From Candidatus Thorarchaeota archaeon (GTDB lineage Archaea; Asgardarchaeota; Thorarchaeia; Thorarchaeales; Thorarchaeaceae): 64,000 nucleotides of DNA. Positions within the stretch are counted from its first letter, which is position 1. Every line of letters begins with the position of its first letter. A program made the position numbers and the translations under genes. Below the pieces are notes generated by a model that had not been told where the DNA came from, made no database searches, and saw only the letters and a list, made by a program, of their open reading frames with translations. The stretch covers positions 19,177 through 83,176 of the forward strand of contig PRDH01000012.1 of assembly GCA_003345545.1 (NCBI GenBank), in the 5' to 3' direction. Shown here piece by piece: positions 57,750 through 64,000 of the stretch.

Positions 57750-58889
57750 CTAGATACAGCGGTGTATGACCTCTGGTCCGACTTCCTCGAACTCTTTCTT
57801 AGACACCCACATCTTCTGGAATGTCTTCAGTGAGCCAAGAATGCTTCCTCCAATCCAGACAGAGTACTGTCTCTCAGGTGGAGCAATGATTCGAACCTCG
57901 ATGTTCTCTGGGACTAGTTCGGTGATCTCCTTGTGGAGTCTCTCCTTGAGTCCTGGGAACATGGTCGAGCCGCCTGATAGTACAATGTTTGCGTATAGGT
58001 CACGTCGCAAGTCGACATCACATGCCTTGATTGACTCGACAATGTGCTCATCGAGTGGCATTGTGTCAAGACCAATAGCGCTTGGGTTGAAGTACAACTC
58101 AGCAGCCTGGAACCTCTCAGCACCCACAGTGATGACCTCACCGTCAGGGAGCATGTAGGGCTTGTCGACACCGGCCTTGTCAGCGACCGTCCGTTCCCTC
58201 TCGGGATCAAGAGCTACGTAACATAGCTTCTCTTTGATGTCTCTGACAATCTCTTTCTCTGCGCCGCTGACAAAGGAGTATCCCCTCTGTCTGAGCAGCC
58301 TGCGCAGGTACTCGGTGATGTCTCTTCCAGCCAGGTCAATTCTGCGGATGGCGTGATTGATCGAGAAGCCCTCATAGATAGGTACTATGTGGGTCACACC
58401 ATCACCAGAGTCTATGACCAGACCTGTTGTTCGGCCAGATGCGTACAGTGAGAGTACTGCCTGTGTGGCAACGTACACTGCGGGCACTCCGAAGTTGTCA
58501 AACATAACGGAGGCCATACGCTCTCTGTTCTCTCTGGGGTTGAATGGTGCTTCAGTGAGGAGCACCGGGTTCTCACTTGGGTCTACCTTCAAGTCGTTAT
58601 AGAACGTGTAGCTCCATATCTTCTCGATGGCATCCCAGTCTTCTACAATTCCATGAGAGATCGGGTAAACCAGACGCAGGACACCACGTAGGTTGATAGC
58701 CTCTTCACCAATGTAGTAGTCACGTGTGTAGTGATCAACATCGGTCATGATTGACTCATATCTTGGATAACCAATCAGAGTCGGCCAGACACTTCGTGGC
58801 TGATCTTCGCCGGCGTATCCGTTCTTGCTCAATCCAGTGCCGTTGTCAATGACAATCGGCTTGGCGCCAAGAAACTCGTCTTCAGCCAT
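57750..58889 (-). CDS. Asgard actin (Lokiactin-type, eukaryote-like)
   Basis: [77 protein letters not shown]. Confidence 0.98.
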   Translation of the reverse strand: MAEDEFLGAKPIVIDNGTGLSKNGYAGEDQPRSVWPTLIGYPRYESIMTDVDHYTRDYYIGEEAINLRGVLRLVYPISHGIVEDWDAIEKIWSYTFYNDLKVDPSENPVLLTEAPFNPRENRERMASVMFDNFGVPAVYVATQAVLSLYASGRTTGLVIDSGDGVTHIVPIYEGFSINHAIRRIDLAGRDITEYLRRLLRQRGYSFVSGAEKEIVRDIKEKLCYVALDPERERTVADKAGVDKPYMLPDGEVITVGAERFQAAELYFNPSAIGLDTMPLDEHIVESIKACDVDLRRDLYANIVLSGGSTMFPGLKERLHKEITELVPENIEVRIIAPPERQYSVWIGGSILGSLKTFQKMWVSKKEFEEVGPEVIHRCI

Positions 58890-59158
58890 TTTTCGGTCCT
58901 CGTGTTATTTTGTTTTAGGCAAATACAGAAATTCAGATTTGCCAGTTCGGAACTAGGGAAGCTCCTTGCTACAACATCGTTTCTGTAGTATGTATTTAAG
59001 GGTTCGTCTGATAGCTATGAATCGAATCGAAAAGTATCTTACTAATGTATATTGGACAGCCTTTTCTGACCGTTTTTCAGGCAGTAGACCACATTACATT
59101 CGATAAGTATAATAGGTTAGTACACAAGATTACTAGATAATATATCCGCATAAGGTGA

Positions 59159-59938
59159 TTGGCGATGCTCAGAAAGCCTCTCGAAGACATCATTAGAGAA
59201 GAGATCGAAACGGTCAGAGCACGAAGAATAATCTTGGACCAGCTCGAGGGGGGACTGAAGACTGGGGCAGAACTGAGAGAGAAGATTGCCACAGATATCA
59301 AGGCCCAGATGATGTTGGAGGGGGCAAGCAAGAAGGAGATTGAGAAAGTGGATGTGACAAGTCCCAAACTCTATCACAACACATCCCGCCTCGAAGATCT
59401 TGGCATCATTGTCAGCTGGAAACAATCTCAGTACCGCCTTTTCGAACTAGAACCCAAAGCAATTCATCCAATACGTAGAGCTCTGGGGATTACTAAACCA
59501 TTGCTGTATGTCACATCGTTGAACAGGCCGGAGGATCAGAGACCCTTTGTACAGTGGCTAACGAACAATCCGTACTTCAATCCAAAGAAGCTCTTGGTCT
59601 TTGTTGAGGCCAGACATTGGACACGTGGTGTGTCAAGGATTGTTGACCGATTCATTCCTGATGATGCATTCAGACGATGGACCACAGAATGGATTGAGGT
59701 GCCGGATGAGGTGATTGGAACTGATGATGAAAATGAGTATGGGCATCTTCAGGGCACCTTTGATTTTATGGAAACGGGAATAATCGATAATATCCTCGTC
59801 CATGACATCGTCATCGACCTGACCCTTGGGCCTTCATTGATCGCTCTCGCGTTAGCAAAGCTCGCGGCTGAGTACTCAATCACTGCCTTTCATGTGACTA
59901 GGTATGATAGGACCAATGCTGAGATAAGCTACTACTGA
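59159..59938 (+). CDS. ArsR-like wHTH fused to a C-terminal CARF-like Rossmann domain
   Basis: ARRIILDQL...PKLYHNTSRLEDLGII wHTH; LLYVTSL and IVIDLTLGPSLIALALAKLA resemble CARF motifs I and II. Confidence 0.65.
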   Translation: MAMLRKPLEDIIREEIETVRARRIILDQLEGGLKTGAELREKIATDIKAQMMLEGASKKEIEKVDVTSPKLYHNTSRLEDLGIIVSWKQSQYRLFELEPKAIHPIRRALGITKPLLYVTSLNRPEDQRPFVQWLTNNPYFNPKKLLVFVEARHWTRGVSRIVDRFIPDDAFRRWTTEWIEVPDEVIGTDDENEYGHLQGTFDFMETGIIDNILVHDIVIDLTLGPSLIALALAKLAAEYSITAFHVTRYDRTNAEISYY

Positions 59939-59947
59939 GGGTGGTGA

Positions 59948-60628
59948 TTGTTAGACATGACAAGACTCGGCTGGAAACCCGTTGATATATTGGCCAAGCT
60001 CGACATCCTGCTTGATGCAATAGAACAAACTAGGAATAAGACCCCCTCGAACAAATCGCGACTCATGACCAAGATTAGTCGATGGGAAGAACAGATTGAA
60101 CAGATAAAAGGGGACATAGAGTATGTCAATCACAACCTTGCTCCCAAGCTAGAAACAATGCTAAGTCTGAAGATTACGAATCTAGAACTTCTTCAGGTGG
60201 CAATGTTTCAGCCAAGCACAAAGAATCTGTTTCTGGAGCTTGAAACGCACTACAGAAGTGAAGGCACGAATCCCCTAGGTAATCATGGTTTTGCAGATCT
60301 CATAGCACTGGGCGAGATTGCCATGGTGATTGCGCTACTCGGGGATGCTGCAATAGCCATGGGAGTCCTATATCAGCTATGGCGACCTGAACCGAGTGAT
60401 GTGGGGCATCTGACCCAGGAGAAGTCAGAGATTGTCAGTAATGAACACATGGCAGAGGTGTGCGACCGATGGGGACTCTATGAGCATCGTATTCATCTTG
60501 ATTCGGAGGTACCTAGCAGGGCCGAAATTGAGCATGACAAGGGAACCCTAGTAGAGGCCATCTATGGAATCATCCAGATGGAGTACGGTTTTGGTAGTGT
60601 CCTCGACAACGTCAGACATCTGCTCTAG
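59948..60628 (+). CDS. Ribonuclease III domain protein without dsRBD (Mini-III-like)
   Basis: LLQVAMFQPS, ALLGDAAI, IVSNEHMA...WGL, GTLVEAIYGII. Confidence 0.8.
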   Translation: MLDMTRLGWKPVDILAKLDILLDAIEQTRNKTPSNKSRLMTKISRWEEQIEQIKGDIEYVNHNLAPKLETMLSLKITNLELLQVAMFQPSTKNLFLELETHYRSEGTNPLGNHGFADLIALGEIAMVIALLGDAAIAMGVLYQLWRPEPSDVGHLTQEKSEIVSNEHMAEVCDRWGLYEHRIHLDSEVPSRAEIEHDKGTLVEAIYGIIQMEYGFGSVLDNVRHLL

Positions 60629-62148
60629 TACTCAAGAAAGTCATGTTCATCATCCCGATGGAGGGGCATGTCAGCCACAGGAAACATTCTTTCAAACTTC
60701 CTCTGTATGACACCTGCAATGCTAGGGTCTGAGTATACACGGACTGACGGGATAGTACGTGTCTGTTGTCTGAGGGTCTGCAGAAGAGGGTAACCCTCAT
60801 TTGTTTCATCAAGGCTCACAATATCAAACCCTTGTTCCCCTCCCACCAGAAGTGGAATCTTGCTGAGACTCTTCGCCCCCAAGTCAGGCACTACAACGTC
60901 AATCACTACACTACCAGGTTTCTCAGAGAGCTCATTCTCTGCTTCAATCAGGGTTTGGATTCTGGTAAGCATTGAAAAGAGCTCCTTCTTTGCACTCGGT
61001 TCGAATGACGCGAGAGACTTGGAGAAAGCGACTTTGAATAGGCGCCTATAACGAATCCGTGCTGCATATTCTCTCACAAAGGCGATGTCAGATTCAGAGA
61101 GCCAGCGATACAGGTCTCCATCATTCATTCTAGTGAACAGACCGATACACTCATTCTTTGAGAGACCCTCTTCCTCCATTCTGAAGTACGTAGCCTTTGA
61201 AGTCAATGCCTCTGCAAGTTTCACAGCATGGTGGAGATAGAGATCAGAGAACATCCAATTGCGGCTCAGGATGAGAGCCTCGAGAGAAGAGATTGCCTTC
61301 AGCATAAAGGCACGAACGTATTTTTCCTCTTTTCCCATGACCACTCGGTTGGTAAGCAGAACTCGCTCAGCAGGAAAGACACCAAGCTGCACACCACTGA
61401 AATGCGCATCACGTATCAGGTAATCTGTCTTGTCAATGTCCAGGGGATGATCAAGAAAGTCTGCTAGCAGGTTCAGTATAGGGTCGTCCGTTTTCCGTCT
61501 GATGATACTCATGATATCTCTTGGGTCTATACCGTTTTGTCTAAGTGTGTCAGTGAGCCCACTGTTGAGGATTAGGAATTCTCCAAGGTCAACATGATCA
61601 AGGCCAGCCCAAGATTTCAGAGCGTACTCGATTGTATGAGAGGTCGGAGGATGGCCGACATCATGGAGCAGAGCCGCAGCCCTGAAGAGCTTCTTTTGAT
61701 AGTCATCAAGCAAGTCCGAAAACGGTTTGAAACAGCCGCCCTCAAGGTCCTCGCAGTAGTTCACGACTCGAATGGATTTTTGAGCAAGGAAATTCGTGCC
61801 AAGGCAGTGTTGGAATCTCGTATGAGTGGCCCCGGGATAGACAATGTGAGCTGGTCCCAGCTGCATCACATAACGGAGCCTAAGCATTTCCCACGTAGAT
61901 ACTACATCAAGTTCCCAAGGCTCTAGAATGATTGCCCCGTGAACAGGGTCTTGGATGGCTTTTTGTCGTGTATGTTTCTCGCCCATTCCTATGAGACGCT
62001 TATGTTCCCGTATAGACTGGTCTATTCTACTCCATTTCTCACCACCCTCCTTCTTTGCTGTGTTAATCTCATTCTCCCTGAGACCAGTCAGGCGAATGAA
62101 TTGGATGGCATTCACATCTGTATCACTTTGCAATGCAGTCAGACCCAA
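60625..62148 (-). CDS. HD-domain phosphohydrolase, SAMHD1/dGTPase-like
   Basis: IQDPVHG, RLRYVMQLG, YPGATHTRFQH.LG, ALLHDVGH, DIDKTDYL.RD, Y.H. Confidence 0.92.
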   Translation of the reverse strand: MGLTALQSDTDVNAIQFIRLTGLRENEINTAKKEGGEKWSRIDQSIREHKRLIGMGEKHTRQKAIQDPVHGAIILEPWELDVVSTWEMLRLRYVMQLGPAHIVYPGATHTRFQHCLGTNFLAQKSIRVVNYCEDLEGGCFKPFSDLLDDYQKKLFRAAALLHDVGHPPTSHTIEYALKSWAGLDHVDLGEFLILNSGLTDTLRQNGIDPRDIMSIIRRKTDDPILNLLADFLDHPLDIDKTDYLIRDAHFSGVQLGVFPAERVLLTNRVVMGKEEKYVRAFMLKAISSLEALILSRNWMFSDLYLHHAVKLAEALTSKATYFRMEEEGLSKNECIGLFTRMNDGDLYRWLSESDIAFVREYAARIRYRRLFKVAFSKSLASFEPSAKKELFSMLTRIQTLIEAENELSEKPGSVVIDVVVPDLGAKSLSKIPLLVGGEQGFDIVSLDETNEGYPLLQTLRQQTRTIPSVRVYSDPSIAGVIQRKFERMFPVADMPLHRDDEHDFLEY

Positions 62149-62196
62149 GATTAGGAAGACATGTCCGATATTTAAGCCATGACAAAAGCAACAATA

Positions 62197-62757
62197 TCAG
62201 GAATGTGTTCTCGAGAGCTTCACATGTTCGCGAGCTTCAATATACTCGAAGGTGCTATCAGTCTTCATGGCTCTGCAGTATTCATTGGGATGACAATACC
62301 CCCAGTGACGCATGGAGTTGCAGGAAGGAGCGCTTCGTGATTTGTAAAATGGCGGTGCAAGAAGACCCACTGCTGCGAGGTAGTTCGTGACTGTCTTGAT
62401 TGTCTTCTTTGCATAGGCCAAACGTATGCATGGCGGCGCTCTCTCAACGATGTCCCAAGTCGCCATCTTGTATAGCCGGGACCAAAGTAGGCAATTCTTG
62501 GCAACATAGAGGAGCTCACACTTAGGGCAGGTCTTGATGTGAATGGAGATCTCACACAGCTCATTACGAGTTGTCCTAATGAGACCGTCCCTACGAAGAT
62601 GATGAAAGTTGACTTGGGCAAAATGATGGGGTGTGAAGGAGCCAAACTCATCAGCAAAGGATTGAAGCTCCTTGGCGATGGTCTCTGACGTAGAGAACCA
62701 TTCATCCTCGTTCAGTTTTGGTGGTTCAGTGTCTCCATCCATAGTATCAGGTCTCAT
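62197..62757 (-). CDS. Stand-alone primase large subunit Fe-S (PriL-CTD)-like protein
   Basis: PPCI...PSCNSM..WGYC....YC four-Cys pattern plus an extra CPKC. Confidence 0.6.
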   Translation of the reverse strand: MRPDTMDGDTEPPKLNEDEWFSTSETIAKELQSFADEFGSFTPHHFAQVNFHHLRRDGLIRTTRNELCEISIHIKTCPKCELLYVAKNCLLWSRLYKMATWDIVERAPPCIRLAYAKKTIKTVTNYLAAVGLLAPPFYKSRSAPSCNSMRHWGYCHPNEYCRAMKTDSTFEYIEAREHVKLSRTHS

Positions 62758-62872
62758 ACTCCGCTCTTAAACACATTAATTCCGGATACGGCCTATCAGT
62801 CCAATAACTCTTAAATGGTATCGGAGTCCTTCACGTGTTCAATCAGCCCATCGCTGCAAGAGGACCCCCTAC

Positions 62873-63886
62873 ATGACCATGTTCGACGTTGTTTCAAAGG
62901 TTACTTTCAAAGAGGTAATCACTTCCGTCGAGCTAGTGGATCTAAAGGGAATGGGGAAGAGTAACGTTGTTGTGACCACGCTTAATGGCGATGTGAAGGT
63001 CTATGAGTTCGACCGAGCTGAGAAGACCCCTCTTGCTGAGCAATGCAGCCTCGCGGATATGCCACCTCTCGCAGCTATTGCTATTGGGGATGTTACAGGC
63101 GATGGTGTCGCGGACTTTGTCATGGGTGGGCTTGATAACACTCTCCGGGTCGTTGTGTATTTGGACGACAAACTCAGTGTGAAGGCGTCAACTCCTCTCG
63201 GCAGCCTCCCCACATCTGTGTCAGTCCTGAACATCCTCGGCAATGAAAGCGCAGAAGTTGTTGTGGCTACTAGCGATGGCAGCATGCGCTGTTATGGCTG
63301 GTATGATGTTGCTCTTGACAAACTGGCGCACAAAGTGCTTGAACGGCCAGTGTTTTCGATACAGCCTCTACGAACAAAGGGATTGCCCTATAATCGTTTC
63401 ATCTTTGGTGACGATTCAGGGTTTTTTTACATCTATCAGTATGCTGATGATAGACTGCATGAGAGAGCGAGAACTAGTGTTGGAGGAGATGTCGAACTCC
63501 TGTCTTCCGGAGACATCACAAATGATGGGAACGACGAGGTATTGACCGTATCTGACGCGAAGACACTTACTCTGTTCGGCCTTGTGAAGGGGACAATGGA
63601 GAGGATTGACTCTATTAAAGCGCCTAACACTGTCACTGGAATCAAGATGGGTCGCTTCTGGGATCTTGAGCCAATGCGAGGTCAGATGGTCATCAGTCAT
63701 GCCAACTCCAACATCGCACTATTGACGCTGGTCGAAAAGAGAATCAATTTAGAAACAACACTTAGGACATCAAAAAAGGCAACAGAGTCAATCCTAGCCA
63801 TCGGAGACATCGACGGAAACAAAAGGTGCGAGATAGTACAAGCAGTAGGAAACAGCTTGTATGTCATCGACTTTATCGCTGAATGA
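62873..63886 (+). CDS. Cytoplasmic FG-GAP-like beta-propeller (BBS2/ITFG2-like)
   Basis: Repeated GD[VI]xxDG..E motifs (GDVTGDG, GDITNDGNDE, GDIDGN); no signal peptide. Confidence 0.75.
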   Translation: MTMFDVVSKVTFKEVITSVELVDLKGMGKSNVVVTTLNGDVKVYEFDRAEKTPLAEQCSLADMPPLAAIAIGDVTGDGVADFVMGGLDNTLRVVVYLDDKLSVKASTPLGSLPTSVSVLNILGNESAEVVVATSDGSMRCYGWYDVALDKLAHKVLERPVFSIQPLRTKGLPYNRFIFGDDSGFFYIYQYADDRLHERARTSVGGDVELLSSGDITNDGNDEVLTVSDAKTLTLFGLVKGTMERIDSIKAPNTVTGIKMGRFWDLEPMRGQMVISHANSNIALLTLVEKRINLETTLRTSKKATESILAIGDIDGNKRCEIVQAVGNSLYVIDFIAE

Positions 63887-63889
63887 ATC

Positions 63890-64000
63890 CTACTCGAGCT
63901 TGGGCATGAATATCTCGATGGCCTGAAGGACTCTCATTGTCTTGACTGAGGTCTTTGCCCTTATTCTGGGTGCGACATTCTTCTCAATCCATGCTCGTAC
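63890..64000 (-). CDS. C-terminal fragment of a hypothetical protein (5' end outside window)
   Basis: Open frame VRAWIEKNVAPRIRAKTSVKTMRVLQAIEIFMPKLE* to TAG at 63890. Confidence 0.45.
   Translation of the reverse strand, partial: VRAWIEKNVAPRIRAKTSVKTMRVLQAIEIFMPKLE

Overview
Chromosomal window from an Asgard archaeon, most likely Thorarchaeota. This is inferred from a eukaryote-like actin, a two-domain gelsolin, roadblock and Arf-like GTPase genes alongside archaeal TFB, GGGP synthase and ribosomal proteins. The left and middle parts are mostly housekeeping: a Get3/ArsA ATPase, RNAP subunit P, aIF1, TFB, MAP, a ribosomal superoperon from uL22 to secY-adk-DUF106-eL34-cmk-eL14-cbf5 (with Hsp20 and an aspartoacylase-like gene inserted), RNase P RNA, Tsr3, TiaS, uS13-uS4-uS11, an intron-containing tRNA-Ser(GGA) and RNase Z. 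The right part holds the most unusual material: (i) an apparently ATPase-dead MCM-like paralog downstream of an orphan DNA methyltransferase; (ii) a ~2 kb mosaic of small accessory genes separated by three copies of a hairpin repeat related to the actin terminator; and (iii) divergent from actin, a wHTH-CARF-like regulator plus an RNase III-domain gene, converging on a SAMHD1-like HD hydrolase and a stand-alone primase Fe-S domain protein, which is a candidate nucleotide-sensing or immune module. A multi-stem structured leader precedes the ribosomal operon. All family calls come from motif recognition by eye, not database searches.
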